From an uncultured Nitrososphaeraceae archaeon (GTDB lineage Archaea > Thermoproteota > Nitrososphaeria > Nitrososphaerales > Nitrososphaeraceae): a stretch of 64,000 nt of DNA. This document shows positions 44,609 through 55,314 of the stretch, piece by piece; within the stretch, counting starts at the first letter, position 1, and every line of letters begins with the position of its first letter. Below the pieces are notes generated by a model. That model saw only the letters and a list, made by a program, of their open reading frames with translations, did no database searches and was not told the DNA's origin. The stretch covers positions 1 to 64,000 of the forward strand of contig CAVXZB010000023.1 of the NCBI GenBank assembly GCA_963765895.1, read 5' to 3'. The position numbers and the translations under genes are program-made.

Positions 44609-45586
44609 TCATTTTGGTGTTATGCGAATACCATATCTTCTCATGAATTTAACAAGATGATTTGCGAGTTCCCAGCTTCCTTCACATGTCAGAGAATCTA
44701 ATTCTATCCACTCGAATTTTTTCTTTAGATGTGACGGTATTTGAAATGAAATTATCGTGTCGTTAGCATCGAGATTTTTAAGATTAATTCCGTACACTAA
44801 CCTTTTACCCTTAAATGCAATTATTCTACTACTATTCAATTTTCTAAATGTAATATTTCGAAGCTTTAGAAATTTCGAGGCATATTTGTAAAAATCCGGA
44901 AGAATATTTAACATAACTTTGTGTTTGGCATCAACTTCAAGTTTACTGCTCCTAGCCTTTTTTATTACTTTCGCTGGTACGCCGGCAGCAAATACACCTG
45001 GCGAAAGATTTTTCGTAACTACCGATCCTGTTCCAATAGTGACTCCTTTTCCAATCGTGACCCCAGGTAATACGGTAACGTTCCATGGTAGCCAAGCTTC
45101 GTCTCGAATAGCAATACTTGCAAAAAGATATGGGTTGCCATTCAAAGCATTCTGCCATGAGCTATGTGTAAAGAGTAAGCAATACCCCCCGATGCCGACG
45201 TCGTTACCTATCATAACTGTTCTTGTAGTATTTATATAGGACCGGTAAAGCACTACACAGTTATTGCCGATCTTAAATTGGCTAGCCTCGCTTTGCATCC
45301 CTCCTATAAGTACATCCCTGTCAATAATAGTGTGGTTACCAATCGAAATTGACTTGAATGCGTTAATTACTGTTCGCTCTTTAACGACCGTATTATACCC
45401 CACACTTATGGTGCCATCAGAAAAAAGTTTACAGTCTGTCAACGAGGAAACTGATCCTATTCGTACATTTTTGGCCTTTATCTGAACATTGTTTATCTTT
45501 GCTCCTGCGCAAATGACAACATCTCTTGCGTCGATATTAGAATTCGTTAGCTCCGCACTATTTGCTATATTTATATGTGAGGGCAT
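44609..45586 (-). CDS. Hexapeptide-repeat (LbH) acyltransferase with extra C-terminal domain
   Basis: 'IFTH'-like 'LFTHS', 'VLPGVTIGKGVTIGTGSVVTK', 'GVPAKVIK'. Confidence 0.88.
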   Translation of the reverse strand: MPSHINIANSAELTNSNIDARDVVICAGAKINNVQIKAKNVRIGSVSSLTDCKLFSDGTISVGYNTVVKERTVINAFKSISIGNHTIIDRDVLIGGMQSEASQFKIGNNCVVLYRSYINTTRTVMIGNDVGIGGYCLLFTHSSWQNALNGNPYLFASIAIRDEAWLPWNVTVLPGVTIGKGVTIGTGSVVTKNLSPGVFAAGVPAKVIKKARSSKLEVDAKHKVMLNILPDFYKYASKFLKLRNITFRKLNSSRIIAFKGKRLVYGINLKNLDANDTIISFQIPSHLKKKFEWIELDSLTCEGSWELANHLVKFMRRYGIRITPK

Positions 45587-46358
45587 GATCTACTATGTGA
45601 TTTGCTAAATCTATTCCTCTAAAAACCTTAACATCAGTCTGAGACGTCAAATACTCTACTATCTGTCTATACATTCTGCCCCCTTTCATCCTTAATACGT
45701 TATCATGCCAGATTACTGTGATGACATTGAAATCAGGGTTCAACTTTCTGCCTTGTTGAACAGCTCGTTGGAAGGTAGGAAGAATATCATCTTCTGTGAG
45801 CTTCATGTAAGTAAATAAATATGCATCCATAACAGTAATGGGGAATTCCAAAAGGCCGTCAAATATATAAAAACCAAACTCCTCTGATCCAATTAGATGT
45901 TTGGTTGTTCTCATAGAAGAATCGTAAACAAAGCCCAGTTCTCGCAGTTTAGTTGGGAGGTCTATATTGAATTTTAGATAATGAACTCTGTTCGCCGCGA
46001 TTATTCCCTTGGATAACTCTTCCAGATCCTTTTTTTCCTTGAGGAGTTTGTCCTTAGCATCAACGGATGAAGGATCGGAATGAAGCCCTATTTCCCAGCC
46101 GCCATTAATTAGTGATTTTATATCATTCTCATAATCAAGGAATATTCCATTTTCATACGTCGTCCTAAAAAAAAATGTTGACCTTAGCCCGTATCTTTCT
46201 TCGATTTCCATATAGTCTGGAATATTATAGTAAGGATTTATTCTCTCAGCATCCCTGATCGTCTCTTGATCAAATCGCGTCTTTCTTGCTATGATATGAT
46301 CTAAAGATGGGCCTTGCCGCCTCCAGTCAACGTCATGGCTCAAAAAAATGTATTGCAA
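45558..46358 (-). CDS. Polysaccharide deacetylase family protein (CE4-like)
   Basis: 'LSHDVD', 'STFFF', 'WEIGLH', 'RVHYL', 'YDSS', 'WH'. Confidence 0.87.
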   Translation of the reverse strand: MQYIFLSHDVDWRRQGPSLDHIIARKTRFDQETIRDAERINPYYNIPDYMEIEERYGLRSTFFFRTTYENGIFLDYENDIKSLINGGWEIGLHSDPSSVDAKDKLLKEKKDLEELSKGIIAANRVHYLKFNIDLPTKLRELGFVYDSSMRTTKHLIGSEEFGFYIFDGLLEFPITVMDAYLFTYMKLTEDDILPTFQRAVQQGRKLNPDFNVITVIWHDNVLRMKGGRMYRQIVEYLTSQTDVKVFRGIDLANHIVDHALTYKYSK

Positions 46359-46536
46359 TGCCTATTTTACAGATTCTTAGAGGTTAATTTGTATATCGAT
46401 TTCCATCGGAGCTGTAGATGAAAAATATCATACAGGAGAGATGATTGACTAATCTTTTTAATGCCAAGGCCATTTCGATCAGGACGCTAACCTGCAATAG
46501 TTATATAGGGATTGAGTAGATCTCTTTTTTACAGCA

Positions 46537-46863
46537 ATGAGCCAAGATCTCCAGCAAACACGTAGATTGATATTTGATGAATTAACTAAAATAGTTGATC
46601 CTGAAATCGGTATTTCTATAATGGAACTGGAATTGATAGACAAGGTTGTTATAGAGAATGGAAAAGTCGATATCGATCTGCATTTAACAAGCCCTTTCTG
46701 TCCTGCGGTATTTGGTTTCAAGATTGCACAGGATGTAAGGGACAACGTTTGTCGCCTCGATGGCATTGAAAACGTAAAAGTAACGGTTAGTAACCATTTC
46801 ATGGCTGAGGCCATAAACAAACAGGTAAATGAGAGCAAACCTCCTGAGAAATCGAGCAAATAA
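46537..46863 (+). CDS. DUF59/SufT-like Fe-S assembly protein
   Basis: 'VDPEIGISIMELELI', 'LTSPFCP'. Confidence 0.92.
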   Translation: MSQDLQQTRRLIFDELTKIVDPEIGISIMELELIDKVVIENGKVDIDLHLTSPFCPAVFGFKIAQDVRDNVCRLDGIENVKVTVSNHFMAEAINKQVNESKPPEKSSK

Positions 46864-46889
46864 ATTATCAGACGGTTAATACCTTGATA

Positions 46890-47672
46890 TTAGCTGTCTA
46901 TTTGGTCCTGTCTACGAACGTATTCCTGTTTTGCTTTTTTCATGTCGTTCTTTGAGAAATTCATGAGATGGCCTCTCATAAGCTGTATTCCCAAGGCTGG
47001 ATCTACCCCCTTTGGGCAAACAACACTACAGGAACCTGCGAAGTGACACCTCCATATGCCGTGCCTTTCATCTACGAGGTTCAATCGTCTCTTGCTTGCG
47101 TTGTCTCGAGAATCGCTAAAGTATCTATAGGCCTGTGCCAGTGATTGGGGTCCAGGAAATTTAGAGTCAGTTGCCACCGACGGACACGCTGAATAACACA
47201 AGCCACATTTAATACAATATGAAAATTGTAGGTATTTGTCAACATCTTTAGGGGTTTGCGTAAACCACGATAGATCCTCCTCATTATTAATATCTGCAGA
47301 TTTGTTTTGTATAAAGGGTTCCAAATTTTTATGGTGCTTGAAGAATTGGGTGAAATCTGTTACAAGGTCTCGTATTATTGGAAAGTTTCCCAAAGGCTCG
47401 CATGTTATCACAGAGGAATCAAGCTCAGACACTTTGGTATAACACGCAAGCCTAGGTATCCCATTTATCTTCATACCACAAGATCCGCATGAAGCCATTC
47501 GGCAGGAGTATCTTATGCCTATACTTGAGTCGAGATAGCTTTTCGCATATAATAATCCGTCGAGCACAGTGGTCCATCGCTGGACGGGTATCTCGAATTC
47601 ATCATGATTTGGCATTTTCTTATTGTTTGTCATTGTTCGGGAAATTCTGAAGGTAACAGTTTTAGAAGCCAT
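46890..47672 (-). CDS. sdhB: Succinate dehydrogenase Fe-S subunit
   Basis: 'SCRMASCGSC', 'CIKCGLCYSACP', 'CHFAGSCSVVCP'. Confidence 0.96.
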   Translation of the reverse strand: MASKTVTFRISRTMTNNKKMPNHDEFEIPVQRWTTVLDGLLYAKSYLDSSIGIRYSCRMASCGSCGMKINGIPRLACYTKVSELDSSVITCEPLGNFPIIRDLVTDFTQFFKHHKNLEPFIQNKSADINNEEDLSWFTQTPKDVDKYLQFSYCIKCGLCYSACPSVATDSKFPGPQSLAQAYRYFSDSRDNASKRRLNLVDERHGIWRCHFAGSCSVVCPKGVDPALGIQLMRGHLMNFSKNDMKKAKQEYVRRQDQIDS

Positions 47673-47750
47673 ACAAATATCTCCCCCTGCACTTTACAGA
47701 CTTCCAATTACTTTCAAACATTGTACCTTCCTCTTTCATACTTTAACACT

Positions 47751-48101
47751 TTATAACTCTAATCCGTTTGCAAATATAATGGTTCGAGTGCCGTATGCGA
47801 TGACTGCTATTGAAGCAATTATTATGGCATAGCTGACACACTTCTCCCATATTCTGTTTTGACGTAATTCGAGCAAAATAATCCTCAAACCATTGAAACC
47901 ATGTATAGCTATAAGTATAAGTATGATTTCAAGCAGAACCGCATACGGGATGTTGTGATAGTTTCCAATCACATTCTTGTAGGTGAGGCTTGTAGAAAAC
48001 GGTACGATTAAACGCATAATTATGTGTACAGCAACCACAAAGAGTGCGCAAACTCCTGTCAGATAGTGGATTTTCATTATTTGGCTCTCACGCAGATTCA
48101 T
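47751..48101 (-). CDS. sdhD: Succinate dehydrogenase membrane anchor
   Basis: Three TM segments, 'HGFNGLR'; operon position. Confidence 0.88.
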   Translation of the reverse strand: MNLRESQIMKIHYLTGVCALFVVAVHIIMRLIVPFSTSLTYKNVIGNYHNIPYAVLLEIILILIAIHGFNGLRIILLELRQNRIWEKCVSYAIIIASIAVIAYGTRTIIFANGLEL

Positions 48102-48140
48102 TTCAGTTCATGTCCCCTACAATCAATCTTATGCCCCAAT

Positions 48141-48614
48141 CTAGCCTTTTCCAAATAGAACTTGCACCCCAAATAGCATTGCAAGCGCAGCCAATATTAA
48201 CGCGACCCAGATTCCTGATTTCTGGCGATAGTTCAATGAACTCGCTAAATAAGGATAATCAGGTCTCCCTGGCTTACCCAGGCCTTTTCCAAGGTGTGTA
48301 AAGATTAGCCTGATTCCATTAGCCGAATGAAAAGTGCTTGTACCTATTACCAATATCAGAAATAAGTGGCCCATCGGTGTCTGTGTTAGCTGCAACATCG
48401 AATTCCAAACATCTGGACCACCAATTATAGAGCTGGTTTCAAATACATGACCTACAAAATAGACTAGTAGGAATATACCCGTCAGCCTCTGAAGCCAATA
48501 AGATACTCTTTCCCAGCCGTAGCCAAACGGATTAAGCCAGGCCTTGATACCCTCCCGATTATCGCTACTGACAAATCGATTTCCGAAATTGACATTCCTT
48601 TTCGAAGTTGCCAT
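48141..48614 (-). CDS. sdhC: Succinate dehydrogenase cytochrome b subunit
   Basis: 'QRLTG', 'HSANGIRL'; ATG overlaps the sdhA stop. Confidence 0.9.
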   Translation of the reverse strand: MATSKRNVNFGNRFVSSDNREGIKAWLNPFGYGWERVSYWLQRLTGIFLLVYFVGHVFETSSIIGGPDVWNSMLQLTQTPMGHLFLILVIGTSTFHSANGIRLIFTHLGKGLGKPGRPDYPYLASSLNYRQKSGIWVALILAALAMLFGVQVLFGKG

Positions 48615-50331
48615 TAATATTTCCTCTCGACTGGTGCGTATCGGGTAAACGCTATAGGGTGCCAAGCTATTTTTGGCTCTTCCGTAGAGTAATAGGTGAG
48701 AGAGTGTTTCAAATACCTCTCATCGTCTCTTAATGGATAATCAAGGCGCGCATGCGCTCCTCTTGATTCGCAGCGATTCAAAGCATTCACTAAGACAACT
48801 TCTGCGACAGATAACATGGAATCGGTCTCCATAACATTAATGAAATTAGTATTATACTCAGTAGCTCTATCATCAACGTGTTTCCATGTTTGTAACTTCA
48901 ATCCCCTCAGACCCTTAAGACCTTCGATAAGACTTTTTTCAGTTCTGAACACATATGCTTTTTCATCCATGATATCTGTTAAACATTTTCTGACTTCATA
49001 TGGATTTGCTTCTCCTTTTCCCCTAAATATTCCATCGAATATTCGTTTTTCTTCTTCACTTACTTGTTCTAATGGTGTAGACAGGCTTAGGTCAGTATGC
49101 CTCAACGCATGGTTTGCAGCAAGTTCTCCAGTAATTTTCCCCCAGACCAGACATTCAGCAGTCGAGTTGGCTCCCAGGCGATTTGCACCGTGGGTACTAT
49201 TGCAAGCTCGCCTCACCTGCAGCCCAGAGTCCATTCAACTCAGTCGCCCCGTGAATATTCGTATGAATTCCTCCCATCATATAGTGGCAAACCGGTCTAA
49301 CCTCTATTGCCTCGTTGATAATATCGACTCCAGAAAATTTAAAACCGATTTCTCTTATTCCAGCTAGACGCTCTTTTATCTTGTCCGATCCGAGATGAGT
49401 GAGGTCTAATTTTAGACAGCTCATACCACTCTCGTGTTTGAATCCTCTTCCCTCTTGAATCTCACGTATCATAGAACGTGAAACCACATCCCTTGGTGCC
49501 AATTCAAGTTTTTCTGGAGCGTATCTCTTCATGAATCTTTCATCCTGATTATTAATCAGATATCCTCCTTCACCTCTTGCTCCTTCGGTAATAAGTATGC
49601 CAGAAGGTAAAATGCCACTAGGATGAAATTGAACGAATTCCATGTCCTTGAGCGCAAGCCCCTTGCGATAAGCCATATGTAGACCATCCGGAGTGGAGGA
49701 ATAGGCGTATGTAGAAAAGCTATAAATCCTTCCCGCGCCGCCTGTACAAATTATGCCCGCACGCCCCCTTATTACAAAGAACGTACCCGATTTAATTTCA
49801 ATTGCAGTTACTCCACAAAATCCATTCTCGCTAGAAAGTATCGATGTGCAAAACCACTCGTGAAGGAAATCGATATTGTCATATTTCAGGCAAGTATCGT
49901 AGAGGGTTTGCATTTCATAAAACCCAACCTTATCTTGAGCATAAGTTGCTCTCGGGAATGAATAGCCTCCAAATTTACGTTGATCTATTCTCCCGTCATC
50001 CCTTCTTGACCATGGCATTCCCCAATGATCCAACTGATATATTTCGAAAGGAATGCTTTCGACCAATAGTTCGGCTACGTCTTGATCGGCAAGAAAATCG
50101 CTACCCTTAATGGTATCGTATATGTGAGAATCGCGGTTATCTCCCTCATCCTCAAATAGTACCTGCTGCCGTCCCACCTTCTGCTGAGACCGAATGAGAT
50201 CGCATGGCTTGCACCTTCGAAATTACTGCAATACTCAGTTTATTGCTTTTTGAAGCAGCAGAGATCGCGGCTCTAAGGCCTGCCAAACCCGACCCTATAA
50301 TAATAACATCATAAGAAATAGCTTCTGTCAA
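48614..50331 (-). CDS. sdhA: Succinate dehydrogenase flavoprotein (frameshifts near 50162 and 49209)
   Basis: 'IGSGLAG', '[10 protein letters not shown]', 'MEFVQFHP', 'HYMMGGI', 'HGANRLG', 'ESRGAH'. Confidence 0.96.
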
Positions 50332-50512
50332 TTAAGATGCAGTTACTCATCCATGATTTGGTATTCATTTCTCATAAATATCTTTAGACAGCTATGGCCA
50401 ACAAATGCTTTCTCAGTCTGAACTTTATCATCCCCGTTTATCAATTTTCTGCAACACATTTAATACATGACCTAGAATTAGAAGCCCTTGCCCTAAATTT
50501 AGCAGTACATAT

Positions 50513-50836
50513 TTGTACGGTATTTTGCCGCCTGTCAATAAACACGTTTTATATACTATAGATGGTGGAATCAGAAAAATGCCTATTGAATATAGTGGTA
50601 AGATATACTTCTCGCCGAACTCTTCTGATGATATTATTGTTGAAAAGTCCAAAAGGAGATTGGTCGAAGAGGGAATAAAGCCTGAAGATATCGAAATTAG
50701 CTATAACATACAGGAGTTAGAAGTCGGTGACTTATTTATAAACTATGATCCGCCGAACTTAGTGATTAGACAAGTATACGAGAAGAAATCTAATGGCATG
50801 ATTAAAATGAAAAGCTGTGCACTCTTAACTATTTAA
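50513..50836 (+). CDS. Hypothetical protein (107 aa)
   Basis: Fills the sdhA-hisS gap; protein-like composition; stop overlaps the hisS stop. Confidence 0.6.
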   Translation: MYGILPPVNKHVLYTIDGGIRKMPIEYSGKIYFSPNSSDDIIVEKSKRRLVEEGIKPEDIEISYNIQELEVGDLFINYDPPNLVIRQVYEKKSNGMIKMKSCALLTI

Positions 50837-52125
50837 CGATGAGTCAGCTTTTCTTCCAAAGTCTTAGGCAGTTCACCAATTTCCCGAGTAAATTCTAAGC
50901 CATCATCCATTAATCTTATTGTTACGCGGCCATTCTTATACTCTCTATCCCCTACAATAATTGTAATTATTGCTCCTCTTGTAGCTGCGTCTTCGATCTG
51001 TCTCCTCAATGGTCTGCCGGAAGGATCGTAATCAGTAATGTAGCCTTTTTCTCGTAGATCTGATACTATATCCATCGCCTGAACCCTTGTGTCATTTGAA
51101 GTGAACGCAACATAAATCATTCTAGGTTGCATTATATTTTTATCCTTCCCAAGCGCTACAAGAATCCTTTCTACTCCACCTGCGGCTCCGGAGGCACCCA
51201 TATCTTTCCTACCGAATGCTTTCGTAAGAGTATCATATCTTCCACCTCCTACAAGTGCACCTATCTTGAGGGATGGATCAGTGGCCTCAAATACTATTCC
51301 AGAATAATAATCTAAACCCCGTACAATTCCCAAATTTACACTCACATTCCTAACCTTTCGCGATCTCAATGAGTCACTCAATTGAAATAAATTATTCCAA
51401 CTCTTCAAATGACTAGCATCGACACTTGAATAAGCCGAATCTACGTTACCACGTACACTTGACAGGCCAATCAATTTATCTAAAACTGGGATGCTAAGTT
51501 TTCCTTTAAACTCGTTATAGACTGCCTCGTTACCTTTTTTAGGAACCTTGTCCATAGCTCGAAATATCTCACCTATAATACGCTCATCCGAAACGTGAAG
51601 ATAATCTTTTATGTATTCCTCTAGCAACTTTCGATCGTTCAGCTCGATAACGACATTTTTTAATCCCAGTTTTTTTAGGAATACAGAGACAAATTGAATA
51701 GTCTCGGCGTCCGATTCGATATTAAATGAGTCATAGATCTCAACATCCCATTGATGAAAGTACCTATAACGGCCGGCCTGAGGTTCATCGTACCTCCAAA
51801 CGCCGTCAAATGCCGCTACTTTTATGGGCATCTTAAAATCTCTTCTGGACGTAGCAAATCTTGTGAGACCCATCGTGAGATCAAATCTCAACGCTACATC
51901 TCTACTGCCTTTATCTTTAAAAGTATAGATTTCATTCGAGATTGATGGACCAGCCTTGACTTCTAAGGTAGACAGTAATTCAAGGGTTGAAGGTACGATT
52001 AACCTAAAATTGAACGCTTTGGAGGTATCGAAAAAGGCATCTCTCATTTCGTTAATTCTCGCAGCTTCCTCATAATCGATATCACGCATCCCTCTCGGGA
52101 TTTCGAATTTCACAATCGATTGCAA
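50833..52125 (-). CDS. hisS: Histidine--tRNA ligase
   Basis: 'PRGMRD', 'LRFDLT', 'GRYRYFHQ', 'RGLDYYSG', 'GGGRYD'. Confidence 0.97.
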   Translation of the reverse strand: MQSIVKFEIPRGMRDIDYEEAARINEMRDAFFDTSKAFNFRLIVPSTLELLSTLEVKAGPSISNEIYTFKDKGSRDVALRFDLTMGLTRFATSRRDFKMPIKVAAFDGVWRYDEPQAGRYRYFHQWDVEIYDSFNIESDAETIQFVSVFLKKLGLKNVVIELNDRKLLEEYIKDYLHVSDERIIGEIFRAMDKVPKKGNEAVYNEFKGKLSIPVLDKLIGLSSVRGNVDSAYSSVDASHLKSWNNLFQLSDSLRSRKVRNVSVNLGIVRGLDYYSGIVFEATDPSLKIGALVGGGRYDTLTKAFGRKDMGASGAAGGVERILVALGKDKNIMQPRMIYVAFTSNDTRVQAMDIVSDLREKGYITDYDPSGRPLRRQIEDAATRGAIITIIVGDREYKNGRVTIRLMDDGLEFTREIGELPKTLEEKLTHR

Positions 52126-52189
52126 TCATTGTTCTCATTTAGATTTTGCGATCAATTATTATAATTAATTAGTCTCAACGTAATTACTA

Positions 52190-52622
52190 ATGAGAACAAC
52201 TGGCTTTCGCTATCTAGATCATATGGCAGATATTATTGTTGAAGCGTACGGTAGGAGTTTGGATGAAGCATTTGAAAATTCTGGCCTTGCTCTTGTTAAT
52301 ATCATGTTTGGAATAGATGAGGTTGTTACTAAGAAGGCTATGAGAATCGATGTACAAGGGAAAGATATTGAGAGTTTGCTGTATTGCTGGCTTGAGAAAA
52401 TCCTGTTACTTTTACTTGTGGACGAGTTTATACCCTCAGAATTTGATGCCAATATTAGCATGGAGAAAAGCGAGCATTCTGTTAACCGGTATTGTCAGAG
52501 GTGAAAATATTGATTTACGGAGGCACATATATCGCATCGAAGTTAAAGCAATAACATACCACGAGATGAGCATAATGCAAGAGAAGGATAATTTCACTAT
52601 AAGGTACATAGTCGACCTCTAA
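52190..52622 (+). CDS. Archease (frameshift at 52472)
   Basis: 'YLDHMADI', 'EVKAITYH', ends 'VDL*'. Confidence 0.93.
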
Positions 52623-52701
52623 GCCTTTTCACTTACTAATAGCTCCCTACCCAAGTTGACAAATCTTAAATACTGAGTATAACCTTTAAGTTTTAAGAAT
52701 T

Positions 52702-53064
52702 ATGAGTGAGGATAAGAAAACAGCTAGCTCATCCCAAAGCGGCGCAACTGCCCTGTTAGAACTCTCAGAGAAGAATTTTGATGAGGCTGTGAATGCAAAC
52801 AAACCGGTTTTAGTTGATTTCTGGGCTACATGGTGTGGACCCTGCCAATTTATGCTTCCAATTTTCGACAAACTGGCAAAGAAATACGGCGAAAAAGTGT
52901 CTTTTGGTAGACTAAATGTCGATGACAATCAAGGTATAGCAATGCGATTTGATGTTTACGCCATTCCTACCTTCATTATTTTCATGAATGGCAAGGCTGT
53001 CGATCGGGCGGTGGGAGCAGTAGGCGAGAAGGGTTTGGAAGGCCTCTTACAGAAGTATCAGTAG
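52702..53064 (+). CDS. trxA: Thioredoxin
   Basis: 'DFWATWCGPC', 'IPT'. Confidence 0.95.
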   Translation: MSEDKKTASSSQSGATALLELSEKNFDEAVNANKPVLVDFWATWCGPCQFMLPIFDKLAKKYGEKVSFGRLNVDDNQGIAMRFDVYAIPTFIIFMNGKAVDRAVGAVGEKGLEGLLQKYQ

Positions 53065-53111
53065 TATTTGTTACTTCTCGTTTATCGAATCCACGCATCG
53101 GTGGGGTAAGC

Positions 53112-54914
53112 TTAAAGATACCCGAAGGCGGGATCATCTTTTCTTTTGAGTAGTAATACTGCATCAAATATATCCTTTTCTTCTTTAGTTAGTCTATATT
53201 CAAATCGCTCAATCAACATCTTAGCATGTCGACTATTCAGATCCGTATAAAAGAATTCTCCTTCATTAATTTGTCTTCCTATTGTAGGCTCTCTAATCGA
53301 AATCGCGACCTGCATACCTCTTGTTGCCTCTTCAATCGTCTTACCGCTATCTTGGATTTGATGCACAATCCCGATTTTTTTGCCTGTATCGTTTATAACC
53401 CTTGTTTTCTGCCTAAGTTTTCCAACCAAGATTTCTGCTCCAAAGACAGCAGGACTATTTCGTCTAAATATAAATCCCTTCATAAACTGGAATTTACAAA
53501 CTGGGGGGATTTCATTGAATAGGATCGATTCTTCGTGTTCCTTTTGATATCTTGCCCATTCGATGTAGCTACGTACTAGGTTGTAAATAATTTGCTCATT
53601 GAATATCTTCACATCTCGTTCTTGCGCTTCTTTTATCGCATCATCTAGTACTCTAACATTAAATCCTAACACAACTCCCAGGTAGCGATCCTTGTCTTTT
53701 ACCGCAGACGCGGCTATCACGTCTCTCCTCGTAATATAACCAATATCAGCAGACTGAATCGCTACGTTCGCCTTGTATAGCATATCTGTGATAGCTTCTA
53801 TTGAACCAATGGTATCGCACTTTAGAATTATGCCATTAGATTCGGTGTTTATAAATGCAGCATTAACTTCAGATCGCAATAAGGTTTTGAGACGGTCTTC
53901 ATCCTCTCTCCTTTCAAGAACATAAATGGGGCTACCCGCAAGAACGCCATCCAAATCTGGGGACGTTATCTTCAGGCCAGCAGCAGATATCACTTCGTTT
54001 ACTGGCATGAATTTATCTCGAGGATCGCGCATCTCATCCAAAGGTTTGGGTACCAAGAGTGCCTTCGCTCTTGTTACAACCGATTTATCGCGTTTCGCAA
54101 CTACTATACTTGCACCCTGCTTCAATACTCCATCTAGGAGAATAACGTTGGCAGAAGGACCAAGGCCTATTTCTTCGTTGACTTCCAGCACTATTCCTCT
54201 GGCAGGACCTTCGTGTCGTTCCAATTTTAGGCCGAGGTACTGTTGAGTTAGACCAACTAATACTACAAGCAATTCTGGGATTCCGCCACCAGTTACTGCA
54301 CTGACTGGGACGACAGCAACTTCTCTGGTAAAGTCTTTGACTCTCCAAAACGCTTCTGAGACATAGCCGAGTCTTGAAAGTGATCCTACGACATCATAGA
54401 TTTTTTCATCTAGCATTTGTTGAATAATTTGGTCTTGTTTCTTTATTTCATTGCTTATAAGCGAGTTATCTCCAGTATTTCGCCAGCCGCTAATCAAGTC
54501 GATCTTGTTTAGTGCTATAACGAATGGAACCTTCCTTTTCTTAAGTATACCTAGACTCTCTATGGTTTGTGCCTCTAATCCCTTGTTCACATCGACGACA
54601 ACAATGGCGATATCAGCAGCCGAGCCACCCCGAATACGGAGGTTAGCAAATACTTCATGCCCCGGAGTGTCTATTACAAGCAATCCCGGAATCTGGGCCT
54701 CGGCTTTTGCAAGATTCAAATAGAGATTACCACTGATCTGTTTAATTGTCTCGATAGGAAAGAAGCTTGCACCAATATGTTGGGTTATCCCTCCTACTTC
54801 ACGAGCCTGAACAGCAGTACCCCTTATCTTGTCTAAAAGGGATGTTTTTCCGGAGTCTACATGGCCTAATACAACTACGACCGGTTGTCTGAGTCTGCAC
54901 TTAGCTACTTCCAA
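53112..54914 (-). CDS. infB: Translation initiation factor aIF5B (IF-2)
   Basis: 'GHVDSGKT', 'GGITQHIGA', 'DTPGHE', 'NKID'. Confidence 0.97.
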   Translation of the reverse strand: MEVAKCRLRQPVVVVLGHVDSGKTSLLDKIRGTAVQAREVGGITQHIGASFFPIETIKQISGNLYLNLAKAEAQIPGLLVIDTPGHEVFANLRIRGGSAADIAIVVVDVNKGLEAQTIESLGILKKRKVPFVIALNKIDLISGWRNTGDNSLISNEIKKQDQIIQQMLDEKIYDVVGSLSRLGYVSEAFWRVKDFTREVAVVPVSAVTGGGIPELLVVLVGLTQQYLGLKLERHEGPARGIVLEVNEEIGLGPSANVILLDGVLKQGASIVVAKRDKSVVTRAKALLVPKPLDEMRDPRDKFMPVNEVISAAGLKITSPDLDGVLAGSPIYVLERREDEDRLKTLLRSEVNAAFINTESNGIILKCDTIGSIEAITDMLYKANVAIQSADIGYITRRDVIAASAVKDKDRYLGVVLGFNVRVLDDAIKEAQERDVKIFNEQIIYNLVRSYIEWARYQKEHEESILFNEIPPVCKFQFMKGFIFRRNSPAVFGAEILVGKLRQKTRVINDTGKKIGIVHQIQDSGKTIEEATRGMQVAISIREPTIGRQINEGEFFYTDLNSRHAKMLIERFEYRLTKEEKDIFDAVLLLKRKDDPAFGYL

Positions 54915-55311
54915 AAATAACTTTGGATTCTTTTACAAAATTTTCATTGGTATCAGAAGCATGAATAATATTATCGGTTAGACCTAAACCAAAATCTCCT
55001 CTTATTGTACCTGGAGATGCCTCATAAGACCTTGTTTGACCTATCATCGCCCTAACTACATCTATCGCATTGTTTCCTTCTAGAATACAGGCCACAGTTT
55101 TACCAGAGGAAATAAATGAAACTAGCTCTCGGAAGAAATCTCTCTCCCGGTGGACATCGTAAAACGCCTCGGCCATCTCTTTAGAGAATAAATACAATCT
55201 TAGTTCGAGTAACTGAAATCCCTTCTCTTCAAATCTATTCACGATTCGTCCAACTAACCGTCGTTTGACTGCATCTGGTTTGATTACAACAAGCGTTTTC
55301 TGTATTACCAT
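54901..55311 (-). CDS. ndk: Nucleoside diphosphate kinase
   Basis: 'IKPDAV', 'PGTIRGDF', 'NIIHASD'. Confidence 0.97.
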   Translation of the reverse strand: MVIQKTLVVIKPDAVKRRLVGRIVNRFEEKGFQLLELRLYLFSKEMAEAFYDVHRERDFFRELVSFISSGKTVACILEGNNAIDVVRAMIGQTRSYEASPGTIRGDFGLGLTDNIIHASDTNENFVKESKVIFGSS

Positions 55312-55314
55312 TTT

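Noticed and set aside
42898-46400. Integrated element at tRNA-Thr or tRNA-Leu
   Set aside because: No integrase and no duplicated tRNA 3' end seen; flanking genes are housekeeping
48816-49367. Long antisense ORFs, also 20889-21377, 30841-31377 and 19033-19488
   Set aside because: Shadow frames of conserved genes with no recognisable motifs
2886-52622. Mass pseudogenisation or programmed frameshifting in split genes
   Set aside because: The breaks hit essential genes (rpoA, rpoB, secY, rps11) as single-base indels without other decay or slippery heptamers, which fits consensus errors
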